From contig CAVNZM010000004.1 of the NCBI GenBank assembly GCA_963693365.1, positions 9,018,468-9,082,467 of the forward strand: 64,000 nucleotides of DNA, read 5' to 3'. Of the stretch, positions 1 to 12,771 are shown piece by piece (position 1 is the first letter of the stretch; every line of letters starts with the position of its first letter). Under the pieces are notes generated by a model, which saw nothing but the letters and a program-made list of their open reading frames with translations, did not search any database and was not told the origin of the DNA. A program made the translations under genes and the position numbers. Source of the stretch: Amoebidium appalachense. Taxonomy: Eukaryota > Protista > Ichthyosporea.

Positions 1-200
1 TGTTAGGGGTGTATGTGCAAGTGTTAGGGGTGTATGTGCAAGTGTTAGGGGTGTATGTGCACTTAAATGTTAGGGATGTATGTGCACTTAAGTGTTCGGA
101 GTGTATGTGCAAGTGTTGGGGGTGTATGTGCACTTAAGTGTTCGGGGTGTATGTGCAAGTGTTCGGGGTGCATGTGCACTTAAGTGTTTGGGTGTATGTG
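1..200. repeat. Degenerate tandem minisatellite (21-27 bp unit, GTGTTAGGGGTGTATGTGCA[CTTA]A), probably inside a FEN1 intron
   Basis: About 8 consecutive variants of gtgtt(a/c)ggggtgtatgtgca(cttaa)a are visible from base 1. Confidence 0.8.
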
Positions 201-487
201 GAAGCGTGCGGGTGTTGTGTGCATCTTATATGCGGCAACATGTGTGTGTGTGGCGAGCGTGGGTGTAGGGAAGGATGGGTGGGTGGGTCTTGGTATGATA
301 ATGGACTCGGCTGTCACCGGCGGATTGTGATTGATATGACCCGAGAAACTGTAAATTCAATGCAGAAACTGGTCAGATGCGTCTATTTTTGTATCGTATT
401 TCTTCTCTTGATTGGTTGTGAATTTGGCAAGTCGGCCGGTCGGTGTCAGGTTGTGGTATGGTGGTAACGGAGAGAGGGAGGGGGGAT

Positions 488-520
<33 letters not shown>

Positions 521-959
521 ATCATCTGCAATCATATGAGATTTACTAGAGTGCGCCCAACAAGATCCAAGCTGAATAACAAGACGTACCTTTTTAAGCA
601 CCAGAAGGTTCTGTTGGATTCATTGACATTCAAAATTCTAAGGGCACACCCGTCCGATTCAATTTGAAATCAACCTTGCACCTGCCTGATGTGGGCCTTG
701 GCTCTTAGCTTACGGTGTAGTATTATATCACATTCACTAATATTCCGCCAGGCCAATCCACTAATCAAACATACATACATCATCACCAGCTGGCCGATTG
801 CGACTTGCATAAGCACCACAGGCACAACATTGTGATTTTGGATTTTTCAGAATGAATTTATTTGAACTTGTAGTTTAGGGAGTAAAAAAGGTTGGTCCTG
901 AGATAAACAAATTGAATCCTAGGGGGGGTGCTGATACAATGGGCTGATTGTTCGTGCAG

Positions 960-1071
960 ACAAAGTATGTGGTTCCCGAGGAGTGGATGTACAAAGAGGC
1001 CCGTGAGTTCTTTAAGAAACCAGAGGTCACCGACCCTTCAACTCTAGATGTACGTATTGACCCCTCCCCCC

Positions 1072-1115
<44 letters not shown>

Positions 1116-1394
1116 AGCCAATCAACCTCCCCCTCCCCCCTCCCCTCCCCCCCCCCCCCCCCCCCCTCCCCCCCCCCCCCCCCCGGGCCACCCCCTTCCT
1201 TCCCCCTTCTTTGTGAGTTCATTGCACACCTGCATTGTGCTGCCCGTCGTGAATCCTTGTCGTACTCAGTACTGTGCGGGCATACTTACCCCCCCCCCCC
1301 CCCCCCCCCCCCCCCGTCCGCATGTGCCCTCCCACAGGCACAGACACATTTTTAACACACACACACAACACACACACACGCACACTCACACACA

Positions 1395-1445
<51 letters not shown>

Positions 1446-1521
1446 ACACACACACTCACACCCGACAGTGTGGGTGGTGCGTGAGTGGGTGCGTGTGTCT
1501 GCCCATGTCTTTTTTTTTTTT

Positions 1522-1552
<31 letters not shown>

Positions 1553-2251
1553 GGGGGGGAGAGGAGGGGGGGAGGGGGGGGGGGAGGGGGGAGGGGGGAG
1601 GGGGATACCTCACTCGTGTTGCCTTGATATAACAGTTGTTGACTATTGCACTCGGTATAGAGATGAACCATCCAACACATAAGAAATTTCGGTCATAGAA
1701 CAGGTGCCAACCACGTGCTTTCCGCCTCAAACTTTTAACGGTGATTGTTTCTGTTGCCTGGTTTGCCGTGCTACGTACTGTTCACTGATCCCCTCTCACA
1801 CAACAGATCAAATGGGAGAAACCAGACGAAGAAGCTATCGTTGAGTTTATGTGCAAACAAAACAACTTTGCGTGAGTATCCCCATACACCTAACCTAAAA
1901 GCTGGTGCATAACCAGCATTTGGCATGTCAACCACTGCTCCGCTCACGAAGCCTTCCCCCACGAGGATGCTGTTCTGCACTCTCCCCCTCCCCCCTCTCC
2001 CCCCCTGCCTCTTCTCCCCCCCCCTCTCTCCCTCCGTCCACCCCTCCCTCTCTCCCTCCCTCCCTCCCTCCTGCCCTTTCCTCCCCGCCTTTTACCCCCT
2101 CCCTTCCCTCCCTCCCTCCCTCCCTCCCTTTCCCTCCTCCTCTTCTTCTCCCTCTCCCTCCCCCTTTCCCCCTCCCCCCCCCCCCCCCCCCCCTCTCTTC
2201 CTTTCTTTCTCTCTCACCCTCTCCCTCTGCCGCCCCCTCCCCACATCCCCC

Positions 2252-2294
<43 letters not shown>

Positions 2295-3027
2295 CAGCCT
2301 TTGCTGTGCCACCCCCCCCCCCCCCCCCCCCCCCCTCCTCCCCCCTCCCCTTGTGATGCATACTTTGGTGAGTTAACTTGTTCTATTTTTTTTCCCAAGC
2401 CTGCCCATTGCTGTCTCAATCGTGACCGTATTCTTCGTGCTCTGTAAACGGATCCCAAACCTCCCCCTGCAGTACATCCTCCCCCCCCCCCCCCCCCCCC
2501 CCCCTTCCCCTTTCCCGTCCCCCCTCCTCCTCCCCCCCTGCTGATCTTTTAACTTTCATCATCCGTACTGATTGTATGGTTTCGTATTCCTGTATTCTTT
2601 CATCCTGTTATAGTAGCCCTTCTTTGGCTCTTGGTGCACACAACTGCAACAAAAGTGTTCGTAGGTGGGTTTTCTTGGGGGGACTATAAGGGACATCAGC
2701 TGTATGCATTGTGATAACAATGGTCTGATTGAACGTTTCAGGGAGGACCGTATCCGGACAGCCGTCAAGAAATTGGCGAAAGCACGGGGCACGGCCACAC
2801 AAGGAAGGTTGGATACTTTCTTCAAGCCCATCACAAACACAACAGCACCCGACAACAAGAGAAAGGTTGGTCTTGGCGTCCCCATGGCTTATATTGGCGT
2901 GTCTGTGATATTGCATGGCGTGCATGTGCGATATCATAAATGTGATGAATGCCCGATTGGTTTGTTTCGTGCATGCGGACGTGGCCGGGCTTGTGTGTGC
3001 ATGTTTGGGTGCGTGTTTGGATTGGAA

Positions 3028-3065
<38 letters not shown>

Positions 3066-3390
3066 GAGGGGGGGGGGGGGGGGGGGTTGCGCAAATGTGC
3101 TTGTGCATCCAGATGGAAGAAAGTGCACGGGAAGAGGCCAATGACTATCATATGTTCAAATGTGTGTAACTGTGTCCTTTTTGAGACGGGCAGAGCAGGA
3201 AAGAAAAGCAAGTGGAGGAGGTGGAATGGAGGAGGAGGAGGAGGGGGGGGGGGGGGGGGGGGGGGGGGAGGGAGGCAATTTAATGACGGTTCTTTTCCGA
3301 TAGCTGGCCCAGGACCCGAAGAACAGTAAAAAGGCAAAGACAGGGCCGGCAGCAAAGACAGCCGGCAAAGGGGCAATGAAGAAGAAATAG
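960..3390 (+). CDS. FEN1: Flap endonuclease 1, last four exons (5' part lies outside the window)
   Basis: Exons 960-1049, 1807-1871, 2742-2865 and 3304-3390 have GT-AG boundaries and compatible phases. They translate to TKYVVPEEWMYKEAREFFKKPEVTDPSTLD/IKWEKPDEEAIVEFMCKQNNFA/EDRIRTAVKKLAKARGTATQGRLDTFFK.../LAQDPKNSKKAK...KKK*. This includes the FEN1 PCNA-binding PIP box QGRLDTFF and the basic tail. Confidence 0.95.
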
Positions 3391-5157
3391 AACGGGCACC
3401 AATCTGGACACGGTCATGAATGTGTAGAAGTTAATGTAGTCCTATGTGTAGTATTACTGTATTACTGTATCAATATCCAGGAGGGTAAGACGTGCTCTTG
3501 GTTTAGAGAGCGTAGTATATGACGCTTAAAAAATTTGCGCGCCTGGCCACGTGTGTTTGAGCTAAGGGCATGTGGGTGTGTTTGGTGTATCGGTGGGTGT
3601 CGGTATGCTGAATGGGATTGGTGGGGGTGGGGGTCACATTTTTGGTGTGTCTGTATGGAGTTTGGAATGGTTGTCCCCCACGAAGAGGGAGAGAGACACG
3701 GGGCGGGGGAGAAGGGGGGGGGGGGGGGGGGGGGGGGAGGATGAGGGGGGGAGGGGGGGGGGGGGGGGGGGGGTACCGGGCCAACACAAAGATCCTTGAA
3801 AAAAGTGCAAGAGCTGAGCTCTTCGAAGCAGGTTCATTGTAATGCTAGTGTAGGCCTGTAATTATGAATGCTTGATGGGCAAGGGGAAAACATGGTGCCC
3901 CTCCCATCACTGAAGAAAACACAAGCACATATATTAATGGAATAAAACGTAGTGGTACATCGGGCGGCCACTAGTATGTATCTTAGCGGTGAATTGGCAG
4001 AGACGGTGGTTCTGAGAGTATATATATCGAGGGTAGAACTGGGCGCTTCAATCTAAACTAGCGGGGGTTAGGCCTTTTTTAGTGCGCAGGTGTGTAGGTG
4101 CGTAGGTTTGCATGCAGTGTGTGTGTGTGTGTGTGTGTCCTTGCGTGCGTGCGTGCGTACGTGCGTGCATGCGTGCATGCGTGCATGCGTGCGCGCGTGC
4201 GTGGGTGCATGCGCGCGTGCGTGCGTGCGCGCGTGCGTGCGTGCGTGCGTGTGCCAGTGTGTGTGTGCGTGTGTGCGTCAGGGTGTGTGTGGTTGTTTGT
4301 GTGTGTGTGTGTGTGACTAGTAGCTGTGGCACCAGCATTGTGCCGGGTGTTGCATGCGCGCACGTGCTCGTATTATATCACGGTCCGTGTATGTGTGTAC
4401 AACAGTGTGGTCAAGGCAACGCCTGAGTCAGTGTTACCGTGATACAATGCGTCGCTAGCTTGTGCCTGCACATGCATGTATTGGCTTTGTCACGCAAGTA
4501 CGTGTGTATATCAAGTTCTGTGACTGCCACATGCATGTGTGTGTGTATGCATGCCAGTGCACAACATCACATATTGGATGTGTGTTGTTGGCGATATGTG
4601 TATGCATGTGTCTGCGCCAGCCAGAGAGCCCCTCCCCCCCCCCCCCCCCCCCCCCCCCCCTTCCCCCCCCCCCCCCCCCGCTTCATTCTAACCCACCCAT
4701 CCGCCCGCCCAAACCATCTCTCACGGCTCCTCCTCAGAACTTGTGAGGTGCCAACCGACCCCCCCTCCGGAGGGGAGGGGGAGGAGGAGGGGGGGGGGGG
4801 GGGGAGGAGGAGGGGGGGCAGGGGCAGGGGGGGGGGGGGGGGGGGGCATATACGGCATTACACCTTGCACGGCATATCAAATCATGTGTCCGCTCAGTGG
4901 CCATGGCCGGAGCGCCGACCTAGGCCTGCGCATGCAGGCTATTTGTGGGCCCTGGAAGATATGTATAATCGAGGCGGCAAAAACCCACATGATGAGCCAG
5001 ACTGTGTGCCGTTGCCGTTTTTATTTTTATTTTTAATATGTCGTTTCAAAAGTCTTTTTGAGGCTGAAAGATGTATGACATTCCCCCTCTCCCCCGGCCC
5101 CACGGGGGCAGTGTGCGGAGGAGGAGGGGGGAGGGAGAAGAGTTGCACGGGTGCGGG

Positions 5158-5198
<41 letters not shown>

Positions 5199-5581
5199 TG
5201 TGGGATTATACATATGCGCGCAGCTTCTGCCATGCACTGCACTCATCCCGTTGCTATGCCGTCTGTATGCTGGTCAGGTTGTGTGCCGACGAAGTCCATA
5301 TGCGCTTGACCTTGCACAGGCATCAACTTGATGTGGGATTTCAAAAACGTGGATCCGGAAACGTAGATAAAGCCCAATGTTTGTAAAAAGCAATTTGCAA
5401 TCGGAAATTATCGTTTAATTCAACGGATATATTGGCTTCAGGAATCAGGAAATTGTTTCGTTTTGGTTTATTTATCATTCATGTTGTTGCACCCGGGGCG
5501 TGACTGATGAATGAGGGCTTTAGCTGATGGTGTTTTTGTTTTCGCACGCGTACGAGCGGGGTGTGCGCATGCATTCGACGC

Positions 5582-5646
<65 letters not shown>

Positions 5647-5659
5647 TACACACACACAC

Positions 5660-5762
5660 ACACACTGACGTGTACACACACACATGCGCACGTGCGTGCG
5701 CACACAAAATACACGCGCATTGTTGCACATGCACCGTAGGCACACATTGATACACTTGCATT

Positions 5763-5832
<70 letters not shown>

Positions 5833-5916
5833 CCACCACCACCACCACCAAAAAAAAAAAAAAAAAAAAAAAAACTAACCAACCCCCCCCCCACCACCAC
5901 CACCACCACAGTGGCA

Positions 5917-5966
<50 letters not shown>

Positions 5967-6073
5967 ACGTGTACACACACACATGCGCACGTGCGTGCGC
6001 ACACAAAATACACGCGCATTGTTGCACATGCACCGTAGGCACACATTGATACACTTGCATTCACTCCCCCCCG

Positions 6074-6130
<57 letters not shown>

Positions 6131-6148
6131 ACCCACCCCCAACCACCC

Positions 6149-6179
<31 letters not shown>

Positions 6180-6214
6180 AACCCCCCCCCCCCCCCCCCC
6201 CCCCACCACCACCT

Positions 6215-6215
<1 letters not shown>
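5660..6215. repeat. Tandem duplication of a ~300-bp unit (unique ~100-bp core + C-run + A-run + CA repeat)
   Basis: ctgacgtgtacacacacacatgcgcacgtgcgtgcgcacacaaaatacacgcgcattgttgcacatgcaccgtaggcacacattgatacacttgcattc occurs at ~5665 and ~5964, each copy followed by C-run/A-run. Confidence 0.85.
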
Positions 6216-6281
<66 letters not shown>

Positions 6282-6784
6282 GCATAACCTTTTTATTGGG
6301 ATCTGGGGAGTTTGGGAGGTGTGCGCATTTGTGTTGGGAAGGGGGGCTGGGGCCGGGGGGCCCTGGGGATCAAAGAAGTTTGTAAAGTCTCGATTGAGAT
6401 GTTTCCGGCAGCATCCGAGGCTCACAGATATTGATTTTGGGCTTGGGCTTGCCTTGGTTTGGTTGGGTTGGGAATATTTGTTGCTTTCTTACTAATTTTT
6501 GTTGCTGTTATGGTTCACCACGCACAATATGAAACCGTTGACGATGCACCACACACCCACCATGACACCCATTATATCCGTGCCCACCCACACCCACCCA
6601 CACGCCCACTGTGTACCCACCCACCCACACATCCGACGACACGGGCACGCGAGCGCGTGTACACACACACACACACAAACACACAAACATAATTTACACA
6701 AAGCACACACACATCATACACGCGCACACGTGACCTTGTGTGCCCGCACACACGCATACATAGTTTACACACAATACACACACG

Positions 6785-6819
<35 letters not shown>

Positions 6820-7289
6820 TGCGCGCGCGCACAAACCGGCACCCCATGACTCACGTACGCAAAATCCATACGTACGTACATATATGCACACACACAAGCA
6901 CAAAAAGGTGCATTAGGGAGTACTGGAGGCGCGTCTGACTCACACACGATTTCTTTAAACTGCGGCACAAGCACACACATGTTGATTCATTGGGTCTAAT
7001 AATAGTTCTGAGAAAAGCAAGCAAATGCACCACTTCCCTTTTTTTTAAAAAAATCACAAGCAATCAGGAAAAGAGATTATCTGCTGCCCCCCCTCCCCCC
7101 TCCACCTTTTTTTTTTTTTTTTTTTTTTGCCTCCCTGCACAGGAAGTCACGGCGTCCCCCTTCCCTCCGGCATCTTATTTATCTTATTTTTCCCGGGGTC
7201 CAGCCTCGGTAGCTCCTACATATTTGATTTATACAAAACTTCTAGAACTGATCATCTTATCGGAATTATTATAATCCAGAAAGGACACT

Positions 7290-7391
7290 TACGCTTACCT
7301 TATATTTACCATCTGCTGATAATACTATATCAGACCAAACTACGCTTACCTTATATTTACCATCTGCTGATAATACTATATCAGACCAAAC
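7290..7391. repeat. Perfect 51-bp tandem duplication
   Basis: tacgcttaccttatatttaccatctgctgataatactatatcagaccaaac x2 (7290-7340, 7341-7391). Confidence 0.9.
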
Positions 7392-7571
7392 CGTAACTGT
7401 ACATACTCTTCAAAATCCCTATTTCATTCGTGTCATATCATGATTCTAAGGGGACATAACAGCGTGCACGTGTGTTACAGTGAGCCAGTGTGAGCGTGTC
7501 TGATTTGGAGTCACGGTGTAACTGTGTGCGAGTATGTGCGTGTCTCCATGTGCGTGTGTGCGTGTGTGTGC

Positions 7572-7605
<34 letters not shown>

Positions 7606-7748
7606 GTGCGTGGGTGTGGGTATGGGTCACACAAGGGTGCGTGCGCACGTGTGTGTGTGTTTGTTTGTGTGTGCGCGTTTGCACGCTGTGTGGGTGTGAA
7701 TGCCGCACATGCACCCTGCGCACTGATGTTCGAAATTCAAATTGGCAA

Positions 7749-9161
7749 TCACCAGAGGCTACTGCAAACTATGTCGTAGCCTTGCTGTCCAAACGAACCA
7801 CAATCGTAGCCCAACAAAGCAAGGGAAACGTGTCGAACAACGAGCGAAGGTAGAATATTAAACGGCTCTTTGGCGAGATGTTCGTACCCAGGGACCACTA
7901 TGTACGAGTACGGCAGCCCCATGTTCAGCGCCAAATTTATTAGACTTTCTGACTTCTCACCGCAAACTTCTATTACTGTGGTGTTGTCTTGGGCCATAAT
8001 GATGTTGTAACCCTGCCCTCCATGCGGCATAACCACCACGGCCGTATTCGCGAATAGTTCACGTAGTTCTTCGTGGGAGTGCGTGTTACCAGAAACAACA
8101 GCCACGTCATACGTGGTCCCCAAATCTGCTTGTTTCTTCCTCAGAAATTCCCGCAAAGCAATAACAATTTGGCCTGTGTTTCCAAATTCCCGAGAAACCT
8201 GCCCGTACCTTGTCAGAAGCATGATGACCTTCCTCTCCCCGAAAGGTATATTCCCTGCATTCACAGCAACAAGTTTCCTCATGGGTAAACTCATGGTTAT
8301 GCTGGTCAGTGACATGCTCCAACCCGGGTTAGTGTTTGCGGTGTAGATGGTGTGAGAAGACACGCACTGGCCTGGACCGACCGATATATACCGTGTACCT
8401 ATATCCGGGGAAACAAGCTTCTGGAGCATCGGAAGGAGACTCTCAGCCTGAAAGGGGTCTTCCACCAGCAGATGCAGGTCCGGGATGGTATTGAATAGCT
8501 CCCGAACAGCCGTTAACCGCGGGGATATATCTTGTAAAAAATGCTGGAAAGAATAACCCCACATAATGGTTATGTGCAGCAGCGGGAAAGGAGTAAGTTT
8601 GCACGAAGTTAGGCAGTTTTCCTCGTAACACAACTCGTTCTCCGGAACATTGTTTCGGGGTTGCTGCCATTGTGCTGTAGAGTAGTGGGTTTCGTTGCAC
8701 ATGGCACCGCTATAAAGAACAGTCATGTTGTGATGCTTTCGCACGTGTATGTGGCTGTATAGAGAATTGGGTCCCGGCGTCCCTCGCCAGGTGCAGTGTT
8801 CTGGAAAACATGAGGCGTTGTGCATGTATTGGGGGCCTATACTAGTTTCAGGTGTTCCACGCAGAGGGGCTGACCAAAAATCCTCCCCATCGCTTTTTAT
8901 ACAAAGCCCACTACTAATACTACTTTTACCATACATGTGTACGTTGTCAATTAACAAGTGCTTCGATGCAGCACAAATGAAAACCAGAATGAAAAAATGC
9001 GGCGAGCAATCTTGCCTGGTGCTTGTGGCAGAAAGCATTTGCTCCATCTGCGGAAATGGCCATGTTGCTTTTAGAGCCCATAGTTTTTTGGTCGTGCGCG
9101 AACTCTGCTTGCATGTCTGGGAAAAAAAAAAGACGGCTTGTTTTGTGACGTTGATGGCCAT
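7749..9161 (-). CDS. Glycosyltransferase family 61 / DUF563-like protein, single exon; true start probably ATG 9063 or 9081 via a 1-nt frameshift at 8992-8997
   Basis: 470-aa non-repetitive ORF with GT61-type motifs: HFLQDISPRL and ELRELFANTAVVVMPHGGQGYNIIMAQDNTTVIEV (family pattern Q..LF..A..vvgpHGAg..N..f......viE). A hydrophobic N-terminal segment is present. Confidence 0.8.
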   Translation of the reverse strand: MAINVTKQAVFFFSQTCKQSSRTTKKLWALKATWPFPQMEQMLSATSTRQDCSPHFFILVFICAASKHLLIDNVHMYGKSSISSGLCIKSDGEDFWSAPLRGTPETSIGPQYMHNASCFPEHCTWRGTPGPNSLYSHIHVRKHHNMTVLYSGAMCNETHYSTAQWQQPRNNVPENELCYEENCLTSCKLTPFPLLHITIMWGYSFQHFLQDISPRLTAVRELFNTIPDLHLLVEDPFQAESLLPMLQKLVSPDIGTRYISVGPGQCVSSHTIYTANTNPGWSMSLTSITMSLPMRKLVAVNAGNIPFGERKVIMLLTRYGQVSREFGNTGQIVIALREFLRKKQADLGTTYDVAVVSGNTHSHEELRELFANTAVVVMPHGGQGYNIIMAQDNTTVIEVCGEKSESLINLALNMGLPYSYIVVPGYEHLAKEPFNILPSLVVRHVSLALLGYDCGSFGQQGYDIVCSSLW

Positions 9162-9421
9162 GGTCTGGAAAAAAAAACAAACGACGTGTACACCGGTCTG
9201 ACGACGTTGTTATGAGCCTAACTACCACACGTGCACATGTGTATATGCACAAGCTGGGAATCTGATGATTCTGTAATTTCTGTAATATCTGTAGACTGTA
9301 TCCAAGTCAATACAGCGCTTGATTGGTCGCTCTACAGGAATGGGGATCCCCCAGGACTTCGGGACAGCGGGTCGTTTTATGTTGTGGCAAGGGGGAAAAA
9401 AAGTGTAATCACACTCGGAGG

Positions 9422-9464
<43 letters not shown>

Positions 9465-10006
9465 GGGGATGTGCTGTTTATTATCAACGACATGTACAAT
9501 GTTGGTGAGTTGTGATGAGTTGTCGGTACCAAGGCCAACAGTGCTTCCACCCAACAAGATATACATGCAAAAATTCACACTCCGGGGATCCGGGTCCCTG
9601 GATTCCGGCGGGGAATTTGCAAGTGATCACGAGACGAAGTCCCGCATGTGTGTAAATAGTAACTACGGAAAATGGAGCCTAATTATACCAGAAACCCCTT
9701 GTGGGGCAAATGTTTATCAATATCTAATTTAGGTGGTGGTAGGACCACGTGCAGTGAGCAGTTTTACTTGGCCTAAATCCCGTAACCGGAATTTTGGAAA
9801 TTCAAGGAAATTTTGGAAAAAAATTTACATGTATGAGAATCGCCCCACACATAAGAGTTTTGGGGGATCAGTAATCCCCGCGGCGATCGCGGTTGAACCC
9901 AATCGCCGGATTGGGCTTTGTGCACGTGGTGAATCCCCTTGTGATAACAGATAACTGACTCTGAGTGGATGATAGACATGACATCCACATCCGCGCGTGG
10001 TGTATA

Positions 10007-10609
10007 CACTAGTTCGCGATTGAATTCCAAAGAAGTCTTTGGATAACCATATAAGGTTCGTTGGTGATCTGATTGGTTGTGTTTTCCGGTTTACGGTTTA
10101 CGGTTGAGATTGGGCCAGAGCACTAATATACAGCCGAGGAAAGGCGGTTTAAGCCCGATTTCACCTAGGAAACAGGTTTTTGTGAACTAGCAAAAGTTGT
10201 TGGAAATAAAAAAGCGCGCAATTTTGATATAAGGAGTCGCAATGGTCCGACGCGTCCTTCATTGTCAAAATCGACGAAAACCCTCTGGGTATGGGGCCGG
10301 CGACCGCGACGGCGGCCGACCCTTGAGCTGATCGTCCAAGACAAAATTAGCGTTTTTCATTGTTTTGACCATGAAATATGCGCCGGACACCCTATGTTGC
10401 TTTTATAAAAATATGCGTCGCTTTGTTTGTCAAGTTATTAATTAGGCGGACAAAGCCTGTTTTCTATTCATATTTTGGTCTTTAAAGTCCTTATATGGTT
10501 TTTGGACTATAGCCATTGAGGCAAGCGACCGTAAAATTTGCCGCGGCTCATTTTGACGCGAGGCAATCAGATTTGAACCACTGTAAATTGTAGTGATTGC
10601 GAACTCGTG
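10007..10609. mobile_element. Non-autonomous DNA transposon (MITE), Tc1/mariner-like TA target
   Basis: Terminal inverted repeat CACTAGTTCGCGAT (10007) / ATTGCGAACTCGTG (ends 10609), flanked by TA on both sides (tgtata|...|tataca). Additional internal inverted pairs are aaccatataagg/ccttatatggtt and atctgattg/caatcagat. No ORF. Confidence 0.7.
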
Positions 10610-11015
10610 TATACATGTACATCCTCAAAGTGTTGGCGCCAAAAAACAAAGAGGCAGTGTGTGGTGCGAAAAAAGCGCGAAAAAAAAAGCCGCTAAGTGT
10701 GGGGGATGAAGAGTATATGTGATTGGCACGTGGTCACAGCATGCTTTCTCAGAAGGGTGCAAACTAAATCGAACATGATGGATTGGATGAAAGTGGCTCC
10801 CCAATGAAAACCCTCCAATATAGAGTGTACCGATAGTCTTACCACGGCCCTCTGAAAAAAAGACGGCCTGTCATAAAATTGCATTCCATTGTGCTCGTGG
10901 TATTTCGATCCACTGGATTCCGGCCCTAAACGAGATGCCGGCACAGAACATGTATGTTGTTGTTTTTCGTTTACGGTCTCGCTTTTTTTGGTTCAGTGAC
11001 GGAGACATCGGTAAT

Positions 11016-11877
11016 ATGGCTGACGGCGGGACTGGCCCTATTGAGGGAGCTGTTCCTCCCGCGCCTGGAATGGATAAGAAGAGGAGTAACGGTCTGCGTA
11101 GCAACAAAGTCGGTAAGATATGCAGTGTTCCAGGCTGCAGAGGCAACTACGACGACCAAAACAAGGTTTTCGTTTACAAATTCCCCAACCCAAACGACGG
11201 GCGCATTAAAAGCGAGACACTACGCGAAGAAACACGGAACCTTCTCAGTGCGTGGCTACGTGCTGTGCCGAGGCAGTGGCCTGAGAACTTCGACCCGCAG
11301 TGGGTTCAACTTTTGTGTGGGAGATCAACGGTCAAAAAATCGATCTCTCATTCGAGGGGGAGACGGCATGTTTTCGGCATCTGCAGACTATCTACGAGTC
11401 TGAACGCGGGCAGGCACTCAAGGAGGCCTTCAGACTCACACCCACCGTTCTCTGGCCCAACAACTTCGACAAGCAGAAGGTGGGGCCAGCTTTGGCTGTG
11501 TTCCACGAGTCCACCATTGCTGCGCTCGACAACCACGTGGTCGATGAACCCCTGTTTAAGTTCACCGCAAACATCCTAAAACAAATCGCACGGTGGTGGA
11601 AGCTTATGAACATCGGTACCACCACATATGCGGCGCGCAAAATGGACCCATGGTGTGCTGCATTCACCAGCAGCAGTGACCAGCGGCTGATTTGGCTGGA
11701 GAAATTCGCTGAGTGGGTGGTGAGCATGCCCACTGGAGCATGCCCACTGGCGAGGGGGGTTTTACGGAGGAAACGCAGTGGTCGCTGGCGTTTACGAGCA
11801 AGACAATGGTACCCCCCCCCCCCCCCCCCCCCCTCAAAATCCCCTCCAATGTTGTAATGCCGCTCCCCCTCCCCCCC

Positions 11878-11908
<31 letters not shown>

Positions 11909-12005
11909 AAAAAAAGGCAGAAAGGAGGATGAAGAACACACTGAAATTCCAAAAATCCCCTCCGGTGTGCCCTCTTCCCAGCCCTCGTGCACTAAACAAC
12001 ACAGC

Positions 12006-12043
<38 letters not shown>

Positions 12044-12451
12044 ATTCTCTCTCTCCACCATTCATGGTCGCGCAATAGCACCACCACATCCCCCTTCGTA
12101 CACGAAACAACAGAATAAACCGGAAATTTCAATCTTGAACCCCCCTCCATACCCCCCCCCCCCCCAAACACGTGAGACTTATTCATTTCTATTGCGTTGA
12201 GAAATAAGCAACCCCACCCCCCCCACCCCCTTCTTCCCCCTCCCCTTGACTGGATAGATAAACACCCCCCTCACCCCCTCACCCCCCCCCAACACACGAG
12301 GTCACATGAGGAGTCGACCGGCATAAAGTGTGTGATGTGTGTGTGTGTGTGTGTGTGTGTGTTTGTGTGTGTCTGTGTGTGACACTGTGTGTGTGTGTGT
12401 GTGACACGTGTGTGTGTGTGCGCGCGCATCAGTGTGTTTGTGTGCGTGTCT

Positions 12452-12485
<34 letters not shown>

Positions 12486-12771
12486 CTGTGTCGGGATGGG
12501 TGGGTGGGGAGGGGGGGGAGGGGGGGGGGAGAGGGGCTTTTCCATATGGTTTTTCACATGCCAAGCGTAGTCAAATGTGGTGCCACACAGATTTTGCTGA
12601 CTTTTTATTTGCAGGCCAGTTTCATCCGCTATCTCCTGGACAGCGGCGTGAGCGGCGAGAAGCTCAACTTTGTGCTCACCAGAAAGTTTCAAACCGACCC
12701 TCTGGAGGGTGCTTTTGGCACAATCCGACAGTACAGCGGTGGGAACTACAACGTTGGGACAGCACAGTTGG
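11016..12771 (+). mobile_element. Decayed P-element/THAP9-superfamily transposase (THAP domain + GTP-binding insertion + C-terminal RNase H part), internally deleted, with a spliceosomal intron
   Basis: THAP N-terminus CSVPGC...VYKFP...AWLRAVPR (11016-~11320). In another frame: LQTIYESE..ALKEAFRLTPTVLWPNNFDKQKVGPALAVFHESTIAAL...TANILKQIARWWKLMN. A 14-bp duplication at 11722-11749 causes a frameshift before GGFTEETQWSLAFTSKTM. A GT-AG intron spans 11809-12614. Exon 12615-12771 reads ASFIRYLL...FVLTRKFQTDPLEGAFGTIRQYSGGNY, the P-element D(P)LE..FG..RQ..GG motif carrying the catalytic Glu. The element may extend to ~13570 (AYVGG); TIRs were not identified. Confidence 0.85.

Noticed and set aside
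1-200. TTAGGG-containing repeat as a telomere
   Set aside because: TTAGGG is embedded in a 21-27-bp minisatellite, apparently within a FEN1 intron, rather than forming a pure telomeric array.
5270-6560. Possible exons of an extra minus-strand gene (5270-5470, 6290-6500)
   Set aside because: Short open stretches bounded by stop codons; no consistent splice chain or recognisable motif.
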